Positions 49,424-61,482 of a DNA stretch of 64,000 nt are shown here, piece by piece. The position numbers were made by a program, and so were the translations under genes. This DNA is from Callorhinchus milii (taxonomy: Eukaryota). The stretch covers positions 40,860,001 through 40,924,000 of the forward strand of contig NW_024704742.1 in the NCBI RefSeq assembly GCF_018977255.1, read 5' to 3'. How positions within the stretch are numbered: the first letter of the stretch is position 1; each line of letters begins with the position of its first letter. Below the pieces are notes generated by a model, which searched no databases, was not told the origin of the DNA, and saw only the letters and a list, made by a program, of their open reading frames with translations.

Positions 49424-50974
49424 CCCCAAAATACAGAACCACATAGAAGCATTTTCTGAAAACTTGGAATACTCTTTGATTGATCTACAAAAGCATAGAA
49501 TTCTAGCAACTAGTCTCTCACCAGGGTTACTTTCATCTTCAACAAAGTGATCCTAACAGTAGTACAGCAGCAGTTTAACGAATGCAAACAGTATGCTGAA
49601 AGCACCAAGATGTACATTCATTTCTACTTGTACATAAAACCCTGTGAAACTTTCCCAGAGAAAAGTACATCGTCAGCTTGTCAACCAGCTAGAAAAACCG
49701 CTCAAAGCTGTCTACAGGAAGTGATCTGGTCTTAGGGGAAGGAATTATGTAGAAGTAGCTCTTTCAATTAATCATATCTCTACATCATAATTTCTTAACC
49801 GCCACCCATAGTTTTTATTCATCACGATCAAAACAGGACTCAAAACTAGTTGCTACTTAAAATCTCCTGTAGGCAAGAATTACAAAAAATAGTTTCAGCA
49901 GTTAAACCCTTCTTGTACTGTACCTAAAATGACCAATACAATCAACAATATAAATGTGCACACTTTTGTGACTATTTATACAAACAATGTAATAAAAGCC
50001 AATCAATAAATTTACTGATGTTTAACACCAGTGTCATGAATACTGAAATGATATATTGTCATCAATGCTGTAGCTAAGGATTAATACATCTAAAACACAC
50101 TCAAAAGAGATATACAGCTATCTTTTGAGGAAACAATTATCATCCACTAAATAGCTTTGCACCAGACTAACAAACCCTTGAACAGGTCTGGTGTAGACTA
50201 AGTCAGCCACTCACAAAATATAGACTTGAATTCCCTAAGGCAATATAAAATAACTGTCAGTGAAGAGAGCAGGCAAACTCCAAAAAGAGTAGAGACCAAT
50301 GAAGGTATACAAGGAAAAAGATGTTTGCTGCAGGAGGATGAGGCTGGTTAGAGGCGACTAGTTCAAGCCCATTGCAACCCAATTTATATTTCACCTCCCC
50401 CTCTTCGGCGTCATATTTTGCAACTGTCAAGCGCTCTGGGACGCTACCATGTGTGAGGGGTGCTCTATAACTGCAAGTTGTTGTTGTATCACATCGGAGA
50501 ACATTCATTCACAGTGCTGCATGGGCTGGGGGTGGGCAGTGCAATGATGAGGGAAAGCAAAGTCAAAGAGGCATGTTTTGAGACATAATAATCGCTTCAC
50601 AGAATATACTGTAAAGTGAACTGTGTGCATATTCTGTGGGCGAAACGTGGCAGCCAATTGCGCACAGCAGTATCCCACAAACAGTCGTGGATTGAGTGAC
50701 CAATTTATTATTTAACAGTTATAACCCTTTTAAAATAAACCAGTGTTTCAGCTTGTTGATATAACAAGAGCCCCGAACCATTTAGTGATACGACTTTAGC
50801 TCACTGCTGTTATTCCAAGAAATTAAGATTCTGATCTTGGCAGGAAGCCTCTCGAGAGGGCACAAAACTTTGCTTTTCCTCAAAACAAGCCTCACAAACC
50901 TTTGAAGGACAAGCTCTGGCAAACCTCTGAGAATGGGTTAAATTTACCTTAGATTTACCATGATGCAAAAAAGA

Positions 50975-51260
50975 CATGCCTTGAAAGAGGGGAGAGAATA
51001 GGAGGGACTTCAGGATGGAGTTCCAAAGAGTGAGGGTAGAATAGCTGAAAATCCGCTGGTTGGTGAGGGACATGAAAGTGGCTGAGTTGGTAAGGTTTTA
51101 AAAGGTCACAGAGGTAGGGCCAAGACCATGGAGGGATGTAAAGTCAAGAATGAGAATCTTGAACTCGACCTACTGGGGGATGGGGAGCCAATGAATGGGG
51201 CCAATAAGCCGCAGAGGCTAGCGCGGAAGAGGACACTGAATCCAAGGCTAACTGCAGAAT
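50975..51260 (-). mobile_element. Degraded L2 ORF2 3' fragment
   Basis: Minus strand has cattggctcccc (HWLP), gagttcaagattctc (EFKIL) and RIFSYSTLTLWNS. Confidence 0.75.
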
Positions 51261-51939
51261 GCAAAGAACAGAAGTTATCAACTCTGAACAACTATCTGTT
51301 CCTCATGCATTGGACGCCATACTGTATAACATGGCCTGGGACCAGAAGTCTACAGAATTTCCAATAACAGTAGAAAACTAGAACAGAGTAGAAAAGCAAG
51401 AAGGTTAAACAATTAACAGTTAAAGAGGAAGGTTAGGAAAATCAGCATGGTGGAATTCTTCCCCACAAATTGTTGAGGCAATGATTAGTCACTGATTGGC
51501 TTCATTGACCACATTTCTAATATAATTATCCTCACATTTGATACAGCTCCTTTCATATCAGGAAAACCTTTCAAAGCTCTTCATAGGATTTAATGTAAAA
51601 TGTAGTGACTGTATTTTGTAGGTGAACAGGCCATTTGCACTCAGCATTAATGACCTCTAACTAACCTCATCCTCCTGCAGCAAACGTCTTTTTCGAAATA
51701 CACCTTATGTTGGTCTGTGATTTGTAGACTTGCTTTCTATTGTTAGTTATGCAATGATTAACACATCACACTTTTTAAGCCCTTATTTATAAATGGATAT
51801 TGAAGAGAATGAGCTGCTCCACCATACATGAAGAAATGTCAGATCTTACTTCAAATTTCACCAGGTTACCCACACACAGGGAGAAGTAGTGCCTGCCAAA
51901 CTCAGACTTAATCAGTCTGACAATAAATTTTGCTTGGAT

Positions 51940-52240
51940 AATAATCTTTGCATTTGATATTCCACCTATGTCAAAATATCTCAAACTGCTTCACAGCTAT
52001 TTGCTGTCAAGAAAGTGAGGCAATCAATTTGTGCACAGCAAGGTCCCACAAAAATCCTGATGTGAGAATGTCATATGTTCTTTAAGATCCATCTGAATAG
52101 GCTGGAACTCTGGTTTCACCTCAATTCAGATAACACTCCTCCAACGCTACACAGAAGTGTCAGCCAGGACTGTGAGATCAAACCCACAAAGTGGGGCTTG
52201 AACCCATCGACTCGGAAGGAAGAGTATTACTAATGGAGTC
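51940..52240 (-). mobile_element. Old Deu-type SINE with tRNA head
   Basis: gtggggcttgaacccat (reverse-complemented B box), gtgtcagcc, ttaagatccatctgaa, tttgtgcacagcaaggtcccacaa. Confidence 0.6.
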
Positions 52241-52560
52241 AAGATAATACATACATAGACCAGCATTTCTATATACATTAGAAGTGAACAATTCACGAGT
52301 TTGATCTTCAGATCAGACCTCAAATTTTAATAGGCAAATCCAGTTTAAAAACTTAGGGGGAAGGAATTCCTTAACTGTCAGTTAAAGTATGGATCTTCAA
52401 AATCATCATCTTAAATTCAGTGACGACTGCTCCACGCAAAAATTGAGCTTGAAGTTGAAATGTTTGAGACACCTGACTTTCATAGCTTGATGTTCCAAAA
52501 GTTATGCTCAGAAGAAATACAGTTTGAAAAGAAAAGCTTTAAATTTCAACAATTTCTTAC

Positions 52561-52637
52561 CCCAAGTAAAAGACCAATACGCTGACTACAGCCAAGGCTC
52601 CCTGAATTTTTATAGAGCTTGTGACAACTCGAGATAG
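52561..52637 (-). CDS. TAPT1: TAPT1 exon 12-equivalent, 77 nt: LSRVVTSSIKIQGALAVVSVLVFYLG
   Basis: ctttag| acceptor, |gtaaga donor; hydrophobic TM segment; phase consistent. Confidence 0.95.
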
Positions 52638-53383
52638 CTAAAGAAGAAAAAAACAGCTCAATGACATTCTTCAAAATATAATTTTATTTTAATTTACACA
52701 ATTATTAGCAGAAAATATTTAATACTTAACTTTGGAAAACCTATTTAGCTAAGTCACTATATCATAATTTCAATATTTCCCAACAAATTCTGGAGAAACA
52801 TTAATCTATGTAACCTCATAAACACATTCAAGTAAAAGATGTTGGGCAATTAGAGTAGAAATTTAATCTTTTGCACCCTATGGCTGCAATAACAATATTT
52901 ATCAATAGAATGGAGGGTAACAGCATGCCAACAATAGAGCTCTGTTGCAGATGTTGGCTGCAGTATCAGCAAAATGGTTAGAAGCGATGTATCCAGGTTT
53001 GTGATTTGGTCCAACTTAGTAACAGTTGGAAGAATACGAAGTGCAAAAGTATAAGATGCACTGATGAACACACACACTTCAATAACCACATAGATTTCAT
53101 ATACCCAAAGGAACTGGTCAACTAGTCCAATCATGGGTCTTCACCGTAGTTTCAATTATGTACAGTAGATCATAAGTTGACTCATTTTTTTGGCTGGAAC
53201 ATTTTGGTTGCTGAAGTGATCCTATGGTTTAGTTGCAGGAGGTCAGAGTTACAAGCTAGTTATGTTGATGGATATCTAGGCAAAATTTTCAGTTCAGGAG
53301 CAATTATGAGCTCCTAATGTGTGGAAACATAAACAAATACTTGAAAATGCTTGCCATCAAACATGCTATAAACATTAGCCTAC

Positions 53384-53452
53384 CAGAACTGCCAGGGGAA
53401 GAGGGTTGAATCCCATTCTTCTAGAAACTGAATCACTGTAATCTGTGTATGC
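53384..53452 (-). CDS. TAPT1: TAPT1 exon 11-equivalent, 69 nt: AYTDYSDSVSRRMGFNPLPLAVL
   Basis: ttacag| acceptor, |gtaggc donor; phase 0-0. Confidence 0.96.
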
Positions 53453-54814
53453 CTGTAAGAAAAACATTTGTTATCAAATATACAGTCGATTCACTTTACA
53501 ATATATTCTGTGAAACATTTTGAGATGCATTGAAAACGTGATAAGACACTGTATCAAATGCAAGGATTTTATTATTAAATAGACCATAGTTCAGAGAGTA
53601 TTGCAGTACTTAAAGCATTGAATTTGGCTAATAATCATCACATTATATCAGCAGTCATTCTTTGTATTACAAACATACTTGAAATGCACCATGTAAGGAA
53701 AACAGTGCATCGGGAATAATTACTAGACATCAATCTATCGTCAAGAGATCAAGTGTAAATCCTCCCTTTTTGGAAGACTTAGATAACATACATTGTTATA
53801 ATTTACTCAAGGTTTGCTCACTGACAAGCCAGGCAGCAAATTACTGAAACACATGAGTTGGTCACCAGCTGAAAGCATGTATGGCTTTAAAGCATCTTAA
53901 CAACACAAAGTCAAATTTGTAAAAAAAAGCCAGGAGGGTGGAGAATGTGCATGTTCAGCATGCCTTCACTTAAAAATGACTCAGGTTTTTATAGAGCACA
54001 AGGGTAGCTTGTAGAATTGTAGGATCCAAATAAGATTATCCAGGATTAAGGACAGAATAAACTTGCAACTAAACTGCTCGTCCTTGTTATTAGCAAGGTC
54101 ATGCTTCATTACTCCACATGGCTATTCTGCAGATATCTTATATTGCCACCTAGAAAAACCTAGTCCAAATAGTAAATCAAAGACAGACCTGTATTTGACA
54201 GATAATGAGTGTAACTAGAACAAAATTGGGTAAAAGCAATCCAAATAGAAATTAGTGTGATATGGCACGAAAACAGGCTATTCAGACCAACTGTTCTGTG
54301 ACGATGTTTATACTCCACTTCTCCTATTCCCCTTTTCTATATCCCTCTATTTCTTTTTCCCTCATGTATGCGTTAGCAAATTTGTAACACAAAATAGTAA
54401 TTGACATTTGCAATTGAAGCCCGGCTCAAACTGACAAAACAGATATAAAATTAGATTAACAAGAAAATATACTACAAGAAATCATAATTAGGCGTGGGGG
54501 GTAGGGGGGGGGGAGGAAAAGAGGAGGTTCATTATCCATAAATGAAGTGAGCAGACGGGTGAATCTTCAAAGCAATTTAATAAAGATAATCAGTTCTTTA
54601 ATAAATAATGAAGTACTAAACACAAGCTGTTTATTAATTGGTCCACCAGAGTTGCTCAGACAGCGAGAAGTAGGTGAATGTGTGCAGCTCAAATAATCAC
54701 TGTATTCAGTATTTCCAGTTTTTGGTTAAAGTCACATCTCCAGGGCTGGGTAAAAAAATTGCGTTTCAATTTTCATTAACACCATAAAAAGACTGCAAGG
54801 AAAAGGGAATGATA

Positions 54815-55320
54815 AGAATCATAGAATTATACAGCACAGAAGGAGGTCATTTGGCCCATTGTTCTGTGCCGACTCTTTGAAAAGTGCCATCCATTCTTCC
54901 TCCCAAAATGCATCACTTCGCATTTCTCCATATTAAACTTCATCTATAATAATAATAATCCTTGCATTTGAATTAGCGCTTTTCACGTCGGGAGGACGTC
55001 CCAAAGCGCTTCACAGAACACACTGTAAAGTGAATTGACTGTGTATTTGTGGGCGAACGCGGCAGCCAATTGCGCACAGCAATGTCCCACAAACAGTCGT
55101 AGATTGAAAATGACCAATTTATTATTGTTTTTGGTTTTGGAGGGATTATTATTAGGCTCTGTGTGGAGTAAGGAAACTTGCCCAAGGTTTCGCCCTGCCT
55201 GGAATTGAACTCAGGTCTCTCGCTTGCAAAGCGAGTGCTCTAACCACTGAGCTACAGGACTCCACGTCTGCCACATGTCTGCCCATTTTACCAGTCTGTC
55301 TATATCCATTTGCAGTCTGC
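54815..55320 (-). mobile_element. CR1 fragment (3' end joined to RT piece WADMWQMKFNMEKCEVMHF) split by a SINE
   Basis: agaatcatagaattatacagcacagaaggaggtcatttggccca tail; the RT motif resumes after the SINE. Confidence 0.75.
54946..55264 (-). mobile_element. Full-length young SINE (CTCCC loop), TSD-like catct/cgtct
   Basis: Near-identical to 62322-62648. Confidence 0.94.
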
Positions 55321-56586
55321 TACACACCGTTGTAGCTTACCCATGCAGTGATATACAATTTGCATAGCGCTCCAGGACGCTACCCTGTGTGAGAGGTGCT
55401 ATATAAATGCAAGTTGTTGTTGTTGCATAACAAACAGTTGGTGAAACACAGAATAATGAATCTCTAAAGTCGAATCAGAATTTTTGTTTGTGTGATGTTT
55501 GGAGAGCCATTTCCTTTAGACCGGGGTGTGTGCTGGCAGCAACTAACTTTCAGGGCTCTCCAGGGTAAGACTCCCAGGTCTCTCCATATGCAATATGCAA
55601 AGGTTAGCCAAAGTCATTCAACCTGAAGATTTTTCCTCCCTGTCAGTGAAGTGTTTGGCTTACACTCTTAAGCACGTAATGTGAAATTGATTAGTTGTCA
55701 CAAAATAAAGAAATCATTGCACCCAAAGTAGAGATGCAATAACCACTTGCAATTCATACATCACTTTATCACATCAAAATGTCTCAAATCACCTCGCACA
55801 AGATCTGAGGTGTGATGATTTATGCAGGCAAATGCAGCAGCTAATCAGCACCAATAAAAGTCGAGAAATTGACGATATATTATTCCTCCAAAAGCCTGCA
55901 GTAATTCAGTCATAATTGCTAATCCACTTAAAATAAATGTCATCATGCTTCAAGATCACAGGACACCAATAGTTACCACTGAGAGATGTTCCTGACACAA
56001 ACTAGGAATGCGGTTTAATTATAGACAACGGATATATGCCAATGTCAAACTAAATATTGAGATTCTGATGACTAAATTACTAAAGTTTTTATTCTAGTTA
56101 GCATCTGAACTGCTCTATAAGATTACTCCTTTGTAATCACTCAAAACATTATTCTCGATGCTGTAAACTGAGACCGTACACTTTAATTTTTATGAATTCT
56201 TTCCCTCCCCACCACCTCCCTCCCCATAGCCTGACAGGCACAAATCCTACACTTTGGTAAAGAGAAGAAAAACTTGGCCTAGGTGGTAAAAGGTTCCAGC
56301 ATTTGATTTTTTCAAAAAACCTTTTTGGCCACAAGCTCAAGATTCGGAGGAGGTTAAAGGGCATTGAAGTCGATACGCTCAGAGACTAGAGGCCAGTGGA
56401 GTAGTAAGTATGCAGAATTTTGGATGAATTGGAGCAATGGAAAACTATGTATGAGGTGACGAGAGTTTCATCTGCAGAGAATGAGAGTTAGGAATATTCC
56501 AAAGATGAAGGAAAGCAGTGCATTTCAGCAAATGACAGAAATAGTTTTCAAATTCTCTTAAACGCAGTCACACAGTTGTAGTTATA

Positions 56587-56696
56587 CAGGGTGACCAAAA
56601 TGTTGTGATAACTACCTCATTATCTAAAAAAAATCATAATTTCTTTTAAGACTTATTAGACATTGTAATGGTATCACAACTTTTTTGGCCATCCTG
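56587..56696. mobile_element. 110-bp Tc1/mariner-type MITE with TA TSD
   Basis: TA|cagggtgaccaaaatgttgtgata ... tatcacaacttttttggccatcctg|TA; ~25-bp imperfect TIRs. Confidence 0.8.
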
Positions 56697-56853
56697 TATA
56701 AACCTTCAATTTTTGTATCCGATACAAATTTACAAGTCTTTTAGACTTTTCTGATTGTGTCTTGAGAACAAATTGAAACTAGGCAAGAACGTTTTCTATT
56801 TCAAATCTATTTACTAGGTATCAATGGAAATGAAACCACACCTATGTACTTAC

Positions 56854-56913
56854 ATTTTTTTGCCGGCTGCTCACCAAGTCAAATGCAAGGCTTGCTCTGT
56901 ACTCACTGTACAC
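56854..56913 (-). CDS. TAPT1: TAPT1 exon 10-equivalent, 60 nt: VYSEYRASLAFDLVSSRQKN
   Basis: gtttag| acceptor, |gtaagt donor; phase 0-0. Confidence 0.97.
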
Positions 56914-57099
56914 CTAAACACAGAAAAGAAAACTTGAGACTAGATTTGGAATAGCTAAAACCCATTTACTGAAGAATTGAAATTAAAACAAACAAAATGT
57001 TGTAAGTTCAAGATTATTCAAGATTATTCTGCAATAATCATGAGGAAGAAATAGTGTAATGCAGAAAAATATAAAAACTACAGCAAAATATTATACAGT

Positions 57100-57620
57100 C
57101 GAACCCTGTGTATCCATCTCTGCAACATTGTGTGCCTCCACCACTACCTCATCTCCCTTATTATTGCTTCAGCCTCTCCAACTCCACTCCACAAACTACA
57201 GGCCATAAAGAATTCCAAATCCTCTCCCACAATAGGCCCTGCAAACCCATTATCCTTATCCAGCTACACTGGCTCTTTATCTCCCAATGCACCAATTTTA
57301 AGATCCTCACCTTCAATTACATCTACGGTTTCGCACCTCCCTACGTCTATGATGTCCTGAGACTACTCTACCAGCGACATCCTCCACACTGCCAGGCTTC
57401 ATGCCCCCTGGCTGGTCAGCTATACCATCAGCAGACAAGACTCCAGTCATTTTGCCCCCTCCCTCTGAAATTCTTCCATATTGCCCTTTCCTCTCTGCTT
57501 TCAAATCCCAATTTCTTTGATTGTGCTTACAGACACCTTCTCCAAGCCCATCCCAGGTCAGGCTCCCTTTCAATCTTTGAAAAGTGCTTTGAACCGTTCT
57601 TTCAATGGGAAAGTTGCTAA
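57100..57620 (+). mobile_element. Degraded L2 ORF2 3' fragment
   Basis: LHKLQAIKNS, QLHWL, NFKILTF, FFDCAY motifs. Confidence 0.75.
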
Positions 57621-57714
57621 ATAATAGGAGGGGTCAGACTCTCACCCCACCTCTCCCCTCCAAAAAAAATCAGGGATTTAATTGCTGTGTAATTACCCAA
57701 CTGAAGCCAAACAG

Positions 57715-57978
57715 CAAAGCACTTAATTGACCCCAGGGTACAAAATGTGAGTTCGCATTGCCAGGGGATTTGGCAGATCACTTTCCAGGGGCAATAATCC
57801 CTTAAAAAAAACTGGTCACTCAATCCACCATTGTTTGTGGGACACTGCTGTGTGCAACTGGCTGCCGCATTTTGCCCCAAAGCACGCAGTCAATTCACTT
57901 TACAGTATTATGCTATGAAGCTCTTTGAGGCCTCTCAACGACGTGTTAAGACACTATATCAAATGCAAGGATTATTAT
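57715..57978 (+). mobile_element. Older SINE copy (central block plus tail)
   Basis: ggcagatcactttcc..aataatccc..tggtcactcaatccac..ggattatt. Confidence 0.75.
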
Positions 57979-58664
57979 AACAAGAATAAATTGTTGTTGA
58001 AATAGGCATAGCTTGTATTTCAAAAAGTTTATAGGCGTCTCAAAAGCTATCGAAAGTGTTGTCCAACAATAAAAAAACATTTCTGCAACAGAAACTACAG
58101 GCTCAAATGGTGTATTTGTTAACTCGTGAAAAACTATATTTATCTCAGAGGAGAATCATACAGGAACATTTTGAATAACATTTCCATACTACCTGTTTTG
58201 AACTGCTGGGATCCTAATGCAATGCTTTGTGAAATTATGGAAATGGCTGATAAATGTTCTCTAATGGAACAAGGTTTTAACTCAAAGTCTAAAGAGCAAA
58301 TATTCCTTCATGAATGGAATGTTAAAACACACTTTTTCCATATTACAAGTTACATTCAAGTTTCATGTACTATCTTTAACATGTTAGTAACTGTTGAATT
58401 CCCTGAGCTAAGTAGCGGGTAAAACTTCCTCTTTATACAACATGCCACAGCTGACCTGAAAGTGAGGAATAAAACAGTGAGGTACTATATTCTTCAGTGC
58501 TGTTATCATACAGTTTGATTAGCATAAAGATTTCTGACAGAATTTAAGAAAAAAAGCCAAGTAAAGCAATCATATTGGATAGTAAGTTATAATAAATTGT
58601 ACCAACATTTTCAGCAGATTATAGTTAATGATGTGCAAACCAATGTAATCATTTGTGCATTTAC

Positions 58665-58774
58665 CTCTGCTGTAATGTCATTAAATTTAGTAATAAACGC
58701 ATGTTTGACGACATCAACAGCCATTTCCGATGCAACTACCATGCAAACATCTGGAAATAAAACCCAAAGATGAT
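58665..58774 (-). CDS. TAPT1: TAPT1 exon 9-equivalent, 110 nt: DHLWVLFPDVCMVVASEMAVDVVKHAFITKFNDITAE
   Basis: ttccag| acceptor, |gtaaat donor; conserved SExxVDxxKHAFITKFN motif. Confidence 0.97.
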
Positions 58775-58959
58775 CTGGAAAAGAACACACAAATATTCTT
58801 AGTTGCCTTCAATTAAATCAGAGCTGACTTTTTAAACTTTTGTACAAAAAGAGTAAAATGTTCTTTCAAAACAAATGACAGAATAGTTTTAAGCTATTTC
58901 CCCTTCTTACCCATCTCTTTCACAAAGTCTCAAACTTCTAACCTTTTCCCAAAACAGGC

Positions 58960-59230
58960 AAGACATAAAACCGAGGTTCGTCTGCCTGTTCAGATGGACA
59001 CTCCCATGGTACTATTCAAAAAGAGTAGGGGTTTCTCTTGGTGTCTTGGCCAACAATCTGCCAAATAAAATTTGTCATTCACTTCACGGCTGTTTGTGGG
59101 ATATTGCTGTGCGCAAATTTGGCTGCCGCGTTCACTCAGAAAACACAGTCACCCGACTTTACAATAAGCGCTTTGGGACATCCTACCGACATAAAAGGCA
59201 CTATACCAAATATAAGGATTATTTATTAAT
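58960..59230 (+). mobile_element. Deu-domain SINE relic
   Basis: aaaaccgaggttcgtctgcctgttcagatggac..cccatggtactattcaaaaagagtagggg..ggtgtcttggccaac, followed by the shared tail. Confidence 0.7.
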
Positions 59231-60017
59231 ATTAATAATGAATTGAACCTCCGGCAAGCTGTAGACCTTCCTAAAACCAACATTTTTCTCAGGTAATTGA
59301 CCAACAAGACTTTTTTCCATTAGGAAGGCCAAATGGATGTTTACCCCCCCTCCACTCAAATGCTTAAAGCCTGAAGGTGGATTATTCCTTTTCCAGAACG
59401 TTCTCAGAATGTATTGACTACAGTAAGAAGAATCGTCCACAGATGCTGCTCATTAGCAATTCCTTTTTATTGTTGCTTAAAGGGGTTTCTTTCCAGAGAA
59501 AAAAAGGTTTCAAACAGCAGAGTATCCATCTGGAACTTATTTCAGTTAGACTGACTACTCTAAATTCATGTTTGCTCTAAAATTGGATACTTACTGGAAA
59601 AGAAAAAAAAGGCAATGCTATGGGAAAAGAGCAGTCAAGTGGAACTAATTGGGTAGCTTTCAATGAGCTGGCACTTGCTTGATGGACCTTTCCCTGCTCT
59701 TTTTAGTTTAGATTTATAGGCCTCCTTCTTTGCTGTAGGATTCCATGATTCTATATACATTAAATTAAGCTAAAAAGGGAAGGGAAAGGAATATCCGTTT
59801 AAGGTAGACATTTAAAATAAAAATGAATTACCTCTATTTTTTCTCTGCCTATACTAAAGTACACATAGATGCACTGCATAAAACAGAACAATGGCTGAGT
59901 CACACTGAAGTGAAAGATGTGTACACAAGCAAATCAAAATAGGTATCAAAGCTGAAAATAGGGTTAAGGACTAGTCTTCCCAAACTAAGAATCTATTGAC
60001 ATCTGTAATCTTTTTAC

Positions 60018-60098
60018 CTGGATTCCATGAAAACTGCTCCATATTCCTCAGACAAACAATCAACAGAAGTACATAGTTGGTGAATCTCTCTCTTATAT
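60018..60098 (-). CDS. TAPT1: TAPT1 exon 8-equivalent, 81 nt: DIRERFTNYVLLLIVCLRNMEQFSWNP
   Basis: Contained in ORF 59971..60183; tttcag| acceptor, |gtaaaa donor. Confidence 0.97.
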
Positions 60099-60367
60099 CT
60101 GAAAAAAGATATTTACTACATAAGATAGACAGGTGGCACTGCAATGCAAAGGTTTCTGTACATTCAATAGTTTTCAATATCACTGTGTGTCAGTCATGAA
60201 CATCTTTTTACAATGCGCTATCATTAGGTTCTCATTGGGAATATTTAGAACATTATTAACATAAGAAAGCATGGAACATACTCCATCCCCAGATCACACA
60301 AAAGCTATCCTACCATAAACAAACAGTGAGCTAAATGATCCTTCATAAATTAATATTGCGTACATAC

Positions 60368-60437
60368 CACTGTTGGACATCTGAAAAAGATTATTCTTCT
60401 CAAACTTCTTGAAAACACTTCCTTTTATTTCTACAAA
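60368..60437 (-). CDS. TAPT1: TAPT1 exon 7-equivalent, 70 nt: FVEIKGSVFKKFEKNNLFQMSNS
   Basis: ctgcag| acceptor, |gtatgt donor; conserved FVEIKGSVFKKF motif; phase consistent. Confidence 0.97.
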
Positions 60438-61142
60438 CTGCAGTTTAAGAAAAGCATATTAGACATAAATTTATATATTTTGTAGCATTACATTCATGTA
60501 CAAACTTGAATACTCATTTTAGTATTCATTTAATTTTTGAGATAATTTTGTATTTTATATGTATGAGACTGCAGTGCTGTGACAAGGAGGGAAATCTCTG
60601 AATAAAATGCTGTAAATCAGCAGCAAATTGCTGAAAAACATGACTTAGTGTCCAGTCATCCTTCTCGAGGTTATGCTGGACAAAGCGACAAAGTCAATCA
60701 CTTTGCGAGTTCTATAATTCATTCATGTTAAGGATGTTGTTGATTAGTGCTAGATACTGTTCCCTGCAATGCAAGTCTCATACCTCAAACTTCTCACCCA
60801 ATAATTACACATAATTACTAAAAGCTATTGTATGGCATTCTACTTTTTTGACGTATATAATATTGATTTGAATTTTAAAGTTTCATTGTGTTAGAAATTT
60901 TGAATTATGGCGACAATTAAATGCAACATATATTTACAGATTTATTGCCTTAATCATTTTTTTTCTTCAGTGAAAGGTCACAGTTTAAAACTAGTCTTTT
61001 GTTAACCTGATCGAAGTATTTAAACTTAATTATAAAATATATAAACTAAACATTTCACTAAGAATTTTACAGCAATGCAATGTTTAAACAGCCCTTTAAT
61101 GACTTAGAAGTACACAGGAAACAGTTTAATGCACATACTCAC

Positions 61143-61240
61143 ATTATTTGACATCATGATAGTAAGTAATGACTTGTTGTGGGAGTTGAAAGCAACATTC
61201 AAGGTTGTTGCTTGCACCATAACTAGAATAGTATGTAGAA
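61143..61240 (-). CDS. TAPT1: TAPT1 coding exon (equivalent to human exon 6), 98 nt: (F)LHTILVMVQATTLNVAFNSHNKSLLTIMMSNN
   Basis: Manual minus-strand translation. Acceptor ...tccttaatgtaattatag|, donor |gtgagt. Peptide recognised as TAPT1/Emp65 family; frame joins the next exon. Confidence 0.96.
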
Positions 61241-61250
61241 CTATAATTAC

Positions 61251-61260
61251 ATTAAGGATA
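61251..61260 (-). promoter_or_regulatory. U12-type (minor spliceosome) branch-point sequence tatccttaat just upstream of the exon 6 acceptor
   Basis: Matches TCCTTRAY about 10 nt before the AG, with no polypyrimidine tract between them. Confidence 0.75.
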
Positions 61261-61482
61261 AAACAAACTATGACAAGTGTACAGCTATAACATTTTCAAC
61301 AGCTAACATTTTCTATAAAAATTAAGTTAAATATTTAATATGCTGACAGAAAAGCTTTTAAGTTAACACCATTTTACTTTAGATCATAAATCTATAGCAA
61401 TAGTGAGATTAGATACAGTAGAAAGTAATTCTCTAATCTACGGACATTGACCTCTAAATCTCTGTTGAATTGTACATATAAT

